Positions 50,976-62,341 of a stretch of DNA of 64,000 nucleotides are shown here, in pieces. The position numbers and the translations under genes were made by a program. Position 1 is the stretch's first letter, and each line of letters begins with the position of its first letter. Source of the stretch: Daphnia carinata (Eukaryota); assembly GCF_022539665.2 (NCBI RefSeq), contig NC_081331.1:3348001-3412000 (forward strand), written 5' to 3'. The notes under the pieces are model-generated. The model made no database searches. It was given only the letters and a program-made list of their open reading frames with translations, and was not told the DNA's origin.

Positions 50976-52873
50976 TTATGCTATCTGGGAAATGGAGACA
51001 GAAAGACGTACATAGGAGATGAGATGTTGCGAGGTTGATGGTGAATCATTGTGGAAAGATTCGCCGGAACGGCTATCCATATCAACCAAAAACCGCGGCG
51101 AACTTTGCCATGTAACAGACGACACCTTTTTGCTTAATCTGACAGGTGAAAGTAAGATCCAACCAAGAAAGCCCCAGTGTTAATGTGAGAAATGAAGAAA
51201 GTTCAATGGGTTAGTCAAGGAAAATTAGATCTTAAAAATTACTTACTGAGAATCAAAAAGCCGTTTGGCTACTCTGTTGAAATTTCCCTTGGTCCCATCT
51301 TTGTCAGCTGAAAAGATGTCCTCGCTTGGTGTGGCTAAGATGTGCCATTCTTCGCCAGCTAAATCAGCTTTCCACGTGGCTGGAAGCACTTCTTCTGCTT
51401 TCACAACAATAATGACAGGAATGTGCTTTGTAAGAAGTTAATGCAAAAAGAAATAACCTGTTCCAAGAAGGATTTTATCATCCTCAGTGAGAAAAGTTAT
51501 TTGAACTCCAGAAATGTGAAGTTTAGGGGATGTAGCATAATTGGCTTTTGTGGTGTTAATAATTGAAATTCCTCCCTTGTTCCCCAAAACCTAAAGTTTA
51601 ATAAGAATTGAATTAAGGTTTAAGTTATTTGGAATATTGATACGAATAGATGAAAACTAGAAGTTCAGAATTACCCGAACAAAATCAAAGTGGCTTTCTA
51701 TAATACGTCAAGTTACGGGCGGGAATTTATGTGAATGTGCTTTTGTTTTCATACCTCAGCATATTCTTGTTCAGAGCCCACACGGTAGATGGCTATAGCC
51801 ATTTCTCGATCAATTCCCAGGCCAAACGAATCAACAGCCCCGCGGGTATCCAAAAGAAGTCGAATGGTCCTTTCAGGCGAGAAGTTACATTTGAGTCAAA
51901 GGTATTTTAACTTTCTAGAACTACATTGATCGACAAACCTGCCATGCAGTGAATGTTCATTAAAATGTGGCTCAATTAACCAAGAACGCAAGAAACCGAG
52001 GCCACTAGTCAGGTAAGAGCAGCCGGCAAAGCGTCTATTTGCTCCTCGACGACCAGGTGCTGGTTCGGTGTGAACTTTTGTGCCATGACTGCATAGAAAA
52101 AATAAGGAGATATTTGGTGTCATTTGTATACACTGTCTTATATTGTGTCATCTTTTACACAAGCGCTTCGTAACTATGTCCGGAAATGGGCAAAGGCGTG
52201 CCAGACAAGGCGGCCGCACCGGCTCCGCTGCCACTGATGACTCCACGTCGGAATTTCTCCCTCATTGCAGCCAACACAATAGTATCTAAAAAAAACGGGT
52301 AACGCAACATTTTATAAAAAAGAGTAGATGCAAAAGTTGTTTAGCTGGACACACCGGTTCCGTCGGCATTCCGTAGTACTCGGATCAAACGATGGACATC
52401 TCCGTCGTCAATAAAAATGGCCGACTGTTTCATGATCATGGCGGCTACAGTTTCATTGTTGGCACTGTCTTCTAACGACCCACTAACCGGGATCCATGTG
52501 ACTTGACGGGCTCCATGATTCATCAAAATGGTCTGAAAAAGGAAATAGGTAGATTGGTTTTATTGACATCATGAATTTTAATAGTACCTTTAACTCTTTG
52601 GAAGCTTCTTCTGGATCATCCCTTGCGGCAGTGATGACGCCAATTTTAGCTTGGCCTCTGCCACCCTAGAAACATATATATGATTGCAAACGTTATGAAC
52701 TTACCCTATGAATTGTAAATGAAAATTTTGATAATTAAACTCGCAGCAAATAAGATGAGACGATTCCAGAAGAAATACGAATCAGCCGTTAGTCCACCTC
52801 CAGCCAGAAACAGGTGTTGGGCATCGACCGATGCTAATAAAAGGAACAAAGCCAAGAAACCTCTGATCCACAT
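50976..52873 (-). CDS. Secreted cyanophycinase-like protein (peptidase S51 family), probably catalytically inactive; 9 exons (52873-52745, 52665-52588, 52532-52355, 52285-52159, 52088-51939, 51869-51755, 51590-51458, 51394-51247, 51138-50976), ~406 aa
   Basis: Signal peptide MWIRGFLALFLLLASVDA, followed by S51 motifs in the canonical order: LFLAGGG, GGRGQAKIGVITAARDDP, AIFIDDGDVHRL, GVISGSGAGAA, GLGFL..WLIEPHF......GR, GLGIDREMAI. Exon phases close into one ORF of 1221 nt. Intron 1 needs a GC donor. Confidence 0.8.
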
Positions 52874-53177
52874 TTCCGATTACTTTCTCGACTACTTGGC
52901 AAACTACCAGTTCGTCAACAATTTCTATGGCAAATGAAAGATGTGCATCGTTGCTTAGGTCCAACGAACTCTGGAACGAATCGTTGTTATCTTATCTCAA
53001 ACAAATGCCGGTCGTGTATATTTTTAAGTTCTCTGCTTTATCACAGAATACGCTGTGATCTCTTTAAGATATTTTATCAGTTCAACAACCATTTGTGTAT
53101 TTGTTCAACCTGTAAAAATGGACAGAATCTTCGAGAAAAGACTGTCAACAATCAAATCTTTGTGCGTGTACGACAAG

Positions 53178-53526
53178 TTACTCCGAGTCCAGTTCGTCCG
53201 TAGTGCTGGACTGCCGAATTTCTCCAATACTTCCGGTAGCTGACTGGAAACTGGCCGTCGAATTGGATCTTGAAGTCTGTTGTTGTGGAATAAGGACCTC
53301 GCCATACGAGCTGCCATCTATCAACGACGACGTGAACTCTATTTTTTTTTTCAAAAAAAGAAGGAAATTGTCATACAAAAGTTAAGGTCTCCATGCAAGG
53401 CAAAGTCGTATGAAATTTTAAAAGAGGAAAAAGCAAAGTTTTGCTTTACGAAAGTTGGGTAAAACATCCAGAGGGATTTGCCCTTCACTAAGCGTCTCTT
53501 CAGCAGATCGGTTTATCTATGCAGTA

Positions 53527-53561
<35 letters not shown>

Positions 53562-55670
53562 CATTAATAATATTCTCTATGCTTAACAGATCATCAATTA
53601 TATACGATCTTTCTAGACTCGGCGCCTGTTTTTTGAACGATGATTTGGCCACGACTTGCGACATGGTTTGGCGCTTCGCCCTCTGACAGCCTACTCACGG
53701 TGTCCTGTAATCGAATTTGAAAAGTTACAATTAATCATTTGATAAAAGTAGGCGAATACAAAAGAAAGACGAGGAACAAAAGTTTTTAGATGGTGATTGT
53801 GGGCATGCACTACGCTCCAATTAGATCAATAAATAAATACACTAGAGGAAGATGCGTTGGCGAAGCTGGATGATATTCCAGTTGCGTCTGAAGAAGACGA
53901 GTCCGCCATCGTGCTGACCGACGTTTCGTGAGCGGCAACATCGACTTGTCTGATTAAGGATTCGAGACAGGAAGAAGGCGGTGTAGGAGGGAAGCGTTGT
54001 CTCCAGAGATTCAAATCCAGCGCTGGAGACGGTACTGGAACAATATTGATGCAACTTGCTCTCGGAGGAGTCAACGGCTCTTCAACTTCTTCTTCTTTTA
54101 TGTCTTCTTCACTTGAAACTTGTATTATCTCTTCTGTATCCGATTCCGGTGAAATTGGAAGATCCGGACCCACTGCTCGATCTGTTTGATGCCATCGTTC
54201 CATTATGGTTGAAGAATCCTGATTATGGCAAGTATGAGGGAAAATGAAAAAGTTAATAATTAAATTTGGTTGGATCTTTTTTCTTTCCTCATTTTATTTT
54301 GCATATTGTCTAACACACCTTGACGTTGCGGATGGCCGTCTGCGTGCAGCTATCGATCGTTAGTCGAAACTCGTCGTCGCCGTTGTTGTCACGATGCTAT
54401 GCATAAACCATAGGAACACATTAGCTCGTTGAAACTTTGAAGAGCAGAACACACGCAGACACAAGAACTACATATATGATACCGTTTCTATCTATACAGA
54501 AAAGTCTATATCCACGTCAACGAATCTGTTATTCATCACCCGGGACGATGGCGAAAAGTTTGTGTACAACATAAAAAGAAAATATACGTACAACATGGCT
54601 GGATTTGATTTGACATTGCCTGGGAGACGTTAGTTGTCCAATCGAATCGACAGCCAGATCAAGTTGAGTGGCCAGGAGGTCGGAGAAGATGCGAGCCACA
54701 TCATCCGGTTCCAAGGTTGGCTGTTGGTTGTCTACGGCCGTGTTTGGTTGCTCAACCAGCGGTTCAGCAGAAACCGGAACGATCGATGGGCTTTGGACGC
54801 TGATGACGTGATTTACAGGAAGATCTGGCTTTTGCGTGGCAATGGTGACGGACGGAAGCTTCTGAACGCTTAACCGGCTCAACTTGTCTTCCTGGTTAGT
54901 AACACTTTCATGCCGGAGTTGATAGAATCCGACGCGAGGAGATTGGACATTTTTTTCCTCCTCATCAAGCAGTTTCTTCCGCCTTTCCAAAGTCTTTCTA
55001 ACTGCTTCCAGCAAATCGCGTCGCGTTGGATCGCCCGGTGGCGGTAGACTCGAGTGAAGAGGCTCTTCTTTTGGCTTTGCCCAAGATTTAGTTTGCGGTA
55101 TTAAATCGGGAAAATGTGCGTGACGTGGAGATTGTCCAGGATCGCTAGACTCCAACATGGCCGTTCCTAATCTTCCTATAGTTTCCTTTATGAAAATATT
55201 TTTTTATTAGGTATTTCTACTTTGATGTGTGGCTATAATCAAATGCGGTAAAAATAAAAAGGACTAACTTGAATATCTCGATCGATCGAGTCCATATTGC
55301 GCTGGATCATGCATCGAACCTGAGCCCATTGACGATCTCTGCAAAATTCATTCGATACATTCAGGTCAAGAAATTTGGCATCGTTTTGAATAATTAAAAA
55401 AGATCTTGGCAAAGGATCATGTGAACGGCAAATTGTACTTGTCATCAGAGAAGTTAATCAGTTTCGTATATTGTTCGAAATGAGAAACCAAATGTCCTGA
55501 ATGGCCGACATTAAATACCTCATTACTCTGGAGAGGTGAGGAACAATCGATTGGCCGAAAACTTCTTCTTCATCCGCTTGTCGAGATTCTAATTCTTGGC
55601 GACGTTCCTGCAATCGTCTGAGTTGCTCCTTCATTTCGGTTATCATTCGACTATCCTGGCGGCGATTCAT
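53178..55670 (-). CDS. Uncharacterised multi-exon protein with an N-terminal coiled coil and an S/P/E-rich C-terminus; possibly TALPID3/KIAA0586-like (5' end uncertain)
   Basis: At least 8 phase-compatible GT-AG exons (approx. 55670-55519, 55338-55269, 55185-54593, 54396-54319, 54218-53841, 53704-53606, 53515-53450, 53317-53178). Peptides include MKEQLRRLQERRQELE, VRCMIQRNMDSIDRDIQ, PLTPPR, PPTPPSS, LSEGE, LSEGQ, SYGEV. Confidence 0.6.
53528..53558. repeat. Intronic poly(A)/poly(T) tract, 31 nt
   Basis: Homopolymer run forming the polypyrimidine tract just upstream of a minus-strand acceptor. Confidence 0.9.
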
Positions 55671-57240
55671 GTCTTGGTAAAAAAAATAAAAGAAAAATAC
55701 GTGAAATGGCTTTGAAAATTGGCGTGAGTCCTTCAATCACGCGATCATCAACAACAACTTTTAAAAGTTTATCACGCAACTTTTCCAAGTTTACGTAAGA
55801 TAAAAACAACACAGAAAAAGGAAATTCGTTTGTCAAACATGCGACATAATCTAGTCCTTATCTTTCACCAAAGTTTCATCATCGGATAGCCAACGTGTAA
55901 ATGATATTGTCCGTTGTGGACGGTCAATGTCCCAAGTAGATAAGATTTAAAAAAATAAAAATACACGCAATAAAAAAAATAAAAAAAAAAATACGAAAAT
56001 GCAAATTAGAAATCTAAATGGAAAAACATTGATTGTCAATACATTAGCGTCCTTGACCTGGAATTTCGTGAAAAGAGTTTCCATCAGTCGAACAGGAAGT
56101 ATCGAGAAGAGGGACAAAGGTTGACGTCATCAGATTATAACAGATATATCAAATTGTTTTGATGATCAATACTTAAGCTCTATTTGCTCGGGAAATACGA
56201 TAATGCCACGATCAATAAACTCGGTCATCTCTCATCACAGATGCGTATTTTCCAATTCCATGTTTTGATCATTTACGGGCGGCGAACGTGAAAATTTGAT
56301 CGTGTCATCAGACGCTTCCGCATCCAGTAGCCAATGAATAATCAATTGCCAAAAGTCGAATCCAGCAAATAATACAAGACTGCAGAGTGCATCCCCTCTT
56401 CCCACACACACCGGGAGAAAAAAAAAATCAATGAAACGAAACGGCGGAGCTTATAAATGGATGATAGGACCCATGCGCACGTCACCGTATCGATCGCCAG
56501 TGCGGAATCGATGACCACGCTCTCTACCAGCCAATTTCATCTACGGCCACGAAAAAAAAAGACATTTTATATTTTTTTATTACGTGACCTGCCTTTTTTT
56601 TTTCGAGTCTACGTGTTGCTTTTACCCAATCGCGTCTTTAGGGGGTTGTTGAGGGGCTTTTTTTCTTCTCCGTCTTCCAATTATATCCACAAGAGAGTGT
56701 ACAGTATAGATGATCATCATGCCCGACACGTCTAGGAATGACACGCGCTCTTCCCTCAACCGCTACGGCTGTATGCCGTGCGAGTAGAATATAACAACGT
56801 TTTCACGGCTTGCCTCGGCATCGAACGTGACTCTCTATGAGGAAAAAAAGGACATTTTTTGGGGGGAGGTTCGTGATGTCCAAGTCACGTCTTCGTGGAC
56901 TTAATTGAACTTTCAATCTCCCCTCCAACACCCTAAGGAAAAAGGGTAAGAAAAAAATTAAATACCGTGACGAATTGATATGTTTTTCTTTTTTGTAATT
57001 CTGGTATATCTGGTATTTTTGTTACGCGAGTAATAGTACTAATAGTTAATGGTAGTAGTAGCAGTGGTAGTAATAGTAGTAAAGAAAAATCGTCTTCTTA
57101 CGACCTGACAAAAATTGGGGAAAATAGTGGAACCATCAAGAGTCAACATAAAGAACAAACAATCAAACAAGAAAAAATTTTTTTTGTCAACACGCAAAAA
57201 AATGTGGCTCGCAAAAAAAGATGGGACAACTTGGGTTAAA

Positions 57241-57241
<1 letters not shown>

Positions 57242-57293
<52 letters not shown>
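57242..57293. repeat. Poly(A) tract, 52 nt (poly-U in the presumed IRF2BP 3' UTR)
   Basis: Homopolymer run ~620 nt downstream of the IRF2BP stop on the minus strand. Confidence 0.9.
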
Positions 57294-57296
<3 letters not shown>

Positions 57297-57910
57297 AAAA
57301 AAAAAAAGAGACATTGCGTCTTTTGGCGCATCATAATTTTGTTTTCCTCCTTTTTTTGTTTGTTTTTAAAGTTTTTTTTTCTCTCTCTCTCCAAATATCC
57401 AGACACGGAATTAAAGAAAAATGCCATACACAGCCATGTTTGCGTGTGTGCGTATGACGATTATCTACACACGAATAAGACAAAATGAATCATCCAGGAA
57501 GATCTCAAAACCAAACAAAAACGATTTGAAAAAAAAAGAAAAAAAAAATATGGGAGCAAAATAGTTGAGCGTTTCGTGTCTGTCTAATGACCGTTGCACT
57601 GATTATTCAAAGAGTGGACAAAAAAAAATTATTTCAACAATATCGAGGGATTTCTCCTCGTATGCTTTGTGTGTGTGTGTATGTGTGTGGAGAAACACGC
57701 CCGGCATGATCCACGCGGGAATCGAGACAAAAAAAAACGACCGCAAAAATGCTGGGCCACAAAAAAGATCGTAATAGAAAACAAACTCCGATCTCAAAAA
57801 AGGAATACGGAGGAACCAGAAAAAGAGAGCTCAACATGTAGATTGTGTGTGTGTGTTTATATGAGAAGGGCTTCTTCTATCCCTCTCGAAAAACGAATTG
57901 AATTTATTTT

Positions 57911-60900
57911 TCAAGTTTCCCGCTCTTTCGTGAGCGGCTTGTTGTTCATCTCTTCGCCGAGAATAGTGGCGATTTCGCCCTGCATGAAGGCCCAGGGCAC
58001 ATTGGACCCGGCCAGCGGGCATTTCTCTCCGCTGGGGCAGTAAACCTGATAGAAAAAATAGATAACGAAAAAAAGATATTAAGTTTGAGATAAAAATGTG
58101 TAACTATAAACAAAATGAGTATCTCACCTCCGATCCGGCACCTTGCTGCTTGATGCTATCGCGTGAGCAAGGAAAGCAAAACTTGTGATGCGAGATCGAA
58201 GGGCACTGGACAAAGTGCGTGTCCTCTAACCGCTCCTGACATATGGTGCACTTGAGCGTCGCAGCCGCCGCGGCCGCCGCAGCGGCTGCGACATTCGGCG
58301 GAATGGCGGCTGTTGTTGCGTTGCTACTATTGCTGCTTCCGCTGCCACTGCTTACGCCACTATCTGATCCAGCGTAGTGAGATCCCGGATCGGATGGACT
58401 GGTGCTTGTCGCATTGACCTCGGACGTCGAACCATGGCGACCGTTGCTTACCGTCGCCGCACCGTTGCCAGATGATCGTCGACTTGTGGCCGATCCTATT
58501 TAATCCAATTATCACATAGGTTAGATATCAACATTTTGTCACCTTCGCCCCAAGTTCAAAGTTCAACTGATTACAATAACAAGGTTTTTTTTTAGATGAA
58601 AAAATATTTACCTGACGAACTAGGAGAATGTTGGGATCCCCTTGATGGCGTACGGGATAGTTGGGCCGCTCCGGGCGGCAGTCCGGTTGGCGGACTTCCG
58701 CGCGGTGAATTCGAAACGGGAAGGATTGTATCAGCTACGGAAATGAGCGATTGCATTGGCGATGGCGCTTTGCCTGGATTGGCAGGCGGAGCCGTATTTC
58801 CTCCGCTTGATCCACTGGCGGTTGTAGAAGGCGGATGAGAATGAGACCCAGGTGGGCCACCAGCAAAGGGTGGAGTCGATGAAGGAGGGCCACCGTTGAT
58901 GTTGATGGACGTTGCTGGGTGATGCGGATGCTGCTGCGATGATTGTTGCTGGGATGGTCCGTGGTTGCTAGGTGGCAAAGGGCCGGCTGACGAGTGTGGC
59001 GGCACCATGAGAGGATGGCCTGGCGGAAGCTGGTGAGGTCCGCCCGGTGGACTGTTCCTGGTCAACGGAGAAGCCGTCACTCCTCCACGATTTCCACCAC
59101 CACCACCTCCGGCTGCAGACGGAATTCCGGGAAATACTGGCAAAAATCAATACATGATGTTTAAACGTTGAATTCAAAAAACAAAACAAAAAAAATCTAT
59201 AATGGACGGGGAAAAACTGGTTTGCTTAGATTTGGTCCCGTTCGTAGAAAAACACTCGGAAAACCGGCTATGTGTTGAGAAAGCCAGGAGCAGTTATCAG
59301 GTTTATTCCAGCGGAAAAATCATTTTCTGATTTGTTTTTTGTTTCTCTTTCTAACGCCCATGTTCCTTTTTTATTTTTTTCTTAAATCGTAGACTGCATT
59401 TATTTGTAGACAACTATTAAAAAAAAACCGGTTCAACTTGCTTACCCCGCAGCGTCTGTTGCTGATCACGCGTAATGTTGTAATGGTTCGAAGACTTTCC
59501 AAAACTCGAATTAAATTATCATAAAACATTCTGCCAATTTAACTACAATATTCTCATCCTACGCCGTCGTCATAAAATAAACACAAATTGTCAGAGGGTC
59601 AATGTACTGACGTAGTACGTATGTGTGTGTTTCCGTCTGAGTCACGCCGAGCACATGTGCGACAACTGGCGACAGAATCCCGCTGCCTAATTTTATCCAA
59701 CAAGAAAAAACAGAAGGCTCAAGGCTATTACCCCGCTGGCATATGATGGTGGACGGAACGCTTTCGTATATATGACGTCATTTTTTACTATGTGGCATTG
59801 AATCAGCTATAAAGGCTCACAGACCCGCAACTCTACTGCTCCTCTTTTTTTTTTCTCGTTACTATGCGCGCACGAAACCGATCCCGTTCCAGCATATACA
59901 TTTTCACGCCCATTTCGCTTTCAGTCACGCGGTTTTTCCCAACGCAATACATACAAATCATGTTTGAACACAATAAGAAATATAAAAAAAAGTAGTTTTT
60001 TGTTTTAATGAGCCAAACGTGTTGTGGCATCTGGCGGAAGAGTCTGCGGCTATTTCCAATGCCCTGCGTCGTCCCCTTTCACTCTGTTTATAAATGTCCG
60101 CACACGTTTAGCTGAGACTCTTAAAAATAGAAACCTCGACATCAAAAACTCTCTCCTCCTACCTCGAGAGTCCGCTTTTAGGTAACTTGGTACTCGTCCA
60201 AGTTACACATCGATGAAACGCCTGAGGTCAAAATCCCCAAAAATGACGTTTTTGTTATTACCCATTCAGAAAGAAAAAAATAATTTCTTTGACTCTCTAT
60301 TCAGGTTGTCTGTGGTCTGTCCGGCTATAAAGGGGGGAAATTCGCGTACTAGACGGTGAAAACACGGCCTTGAAAGACCCATAAGGGGAAAGGATAATAT
60401 AATTACACATACCTTTATTTGAAGATGTGGCGTCGAAAGAAGCGACCCGAATCGGTCGTTCTTTGTGATTCAATCGCCCGCCATCGCGCGGATCAAATTG
60501 AACGGCCAATCCAGCTGGTAACGAATCTCCACGGGTGAGCTGTGGCCGATATTCAGATATCGTGTCCAGGGCTGATCGTTTCGATCCATCAGCGTGTTGC
60601 AACTGGACCATCATGCCATTGTTCGACAGGTACGAAGTGGCTTGCGATGGAGTGTTGTCATCATCGTCTCGTTCTCTTTTCGGTCCAGCTGAACGACCAT
60701 GTGAATTGATTTGCATATGGTGACCAGAAGAGGGACCGCCACGGACTGATGAACGTGGGTCTGAGTGGTCCAGGGACTCCATTCGTCCCATAATAGTATT
60801 CTGTTGTTGCAATCGAGGCGGATAATCAACTGCCAAGTGTCGAGGCCGTCCTTCGTTAATATGCAGGTAACCGCTTGGAGGTCCAACTGCACCAGGTCCA

Positions 60901-61400
60901 TGAGACGACCGTTGAGACATGGATGGTACACCAGGATGTCCTCCATGATGACCACCGTGAGCGTGAGATGGTAAATTTAATCCATCGGAAGCGTTGCCGT
61001 TTGTTAAATCCGGTGGACGATTTTGAAGCCTTTCGGAGGGATGATTTGATTTGCCTGGACCTGGTGTTGTCGTGATTCGTTGTTCAGCCGGTCCTTGTGG
61101 CCTTTGTGACGACGTAGGGGCAGTGGAAGGTATCGATTCTCCACCTGGGTAGGGACCTCGTTTCATTTGCCTGGCAGACTCGATGACCAGCTCGATCCTG
61201 TCCGGTCCTTCGTAATTGACGCATCCACGGCAGACGGGCTCGCTGAAATCTTGCAGCATAGCCCATGGCGTTCTGGGTAAATCGCAAAGGTAGCAATGCT
61301 GTCGCTTGTTGCTACCCACTAGTCCGGCACCGCCTCCGCCAGACGACGAACTCCCTCCAGCCGCCGACATGTTGGCCGCACTGCTGGCCAACGAAAGCAT
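57911..61400 (-). CDS. IRF2BP: Interferon regulatory factor 2-binding protein (IRF2BP/Pits-like), 4 exons (61400 or 61370-60413, 59136-58612, 58495-58128, 58045-57911)
   Basis: N-terminal C4 zinc finger [38 protein letters not shown]; central [11 protein letters not shown] motif; C-terminal [73 protein letters not shown], ending KERET*. Confidence 0.96.
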
Positions 61401-62341
61401 CGGCGGCGCACCGGCACTGCAACGAAGATCCACCTTCAGGCAATCAGTTTTTTGTGTGTTTAAACTTAAACTTGAACAATTTGGTGGTAGTTTGCGATGA
61501 ATTTAAACAGAGGCGGTCATCAAAAACATGGCAGTCAATAAGAATTCCTTGCCAACACGCACATACAAACACTAGAATGCACAGTGCACGCCACACACGT
61601 TGTCCAACAGAAATCGATGAGATCGCGGGAAAATGGCGGCACATTCACTTCAATTCGTTTAACAAAAAAACGGGTTTTTTCAAGAATTGGTTAGTACGTC
61701 GCTGAAAACTGCAGAACGACCAACAGACAAGCGTCGAGCGTGACGATCAGTCGACTACTAACACAGAAAAAACTGGCCTTTCCACACACACACACATATA
61801 CACACAGAGGCGCTGAGCGAGGGACTCGCACACGCGCGCACTTCACTACGCGCCTTGAGGGCTTCAACGAGTGGCGCCACAGACGGCAGCTCTCACCATC
61901 AAAGACGCCGTATTTAGAGAGTGGAATGATTCTCGACCAGCTTGTTTTGCTCCTTCGTTTGAAAATCACACGCACAAAAAATCAAACTAGTTTTTCGAGA
62001 AAATGTCGTTAATATATGTTGGGTTTGTTCAAGACGTTGAGTTGCACGGTCAGAACATGAACAAGTCTGAAAACGAGTTCTTTCTCGATAGTCTCCCCCA
62101 CCCGACAGGATGGCCGCCATGGTTTTTTTTGGCTCCGCCCTATACTATATACATGTCCTTGTGTATACGTTGGCCAGCCCTAGTTTTCTCCTTCTTCATC
62201 CCTTTTCATCATGCATTCCACCACTTCCCATTCTTTCTACCCTCCCCCCCTCCTCCTTTTAAAGAAAAATAAGTGTGTTCTTTCCCAAAAAGCAGTAGAC
62301 ACGAAAAGCGGTAAATCGATGCTCGTCGGCCATGTTGGCTG

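Noticed and set aside
51789..51802. ATGGCTATAGCCAT palindrome resembling the repeat-array junction
   Set aside because: It lies inside a coding exon (M-A-I-A-I) and matches only the 10-bp core, so it is likely coincidental.
57242..57293. 52-nt poly(A) as a retroposon tail
   Set aside because: There is no recognisable SINE/LINE body or clear target-site duplication, and it sits in a generally A-run-rich UTR.
59446..59494. Strong donor GGG|GTAAG in IRF2BP intron 1 as a cassette exon
   Set aside because: The candidate acceptors give 10, 16 or 49 nt, none of which preserves the frame.
61401..61433. GTG-initiated N-terminal extension of IRF2BP shown in the ORF track
   Set aside because: This comes from the ORF caller's bacterial-style start codons. 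ATGs at 61400 and 61370 suffice, and nothing supports a non-AUG start.
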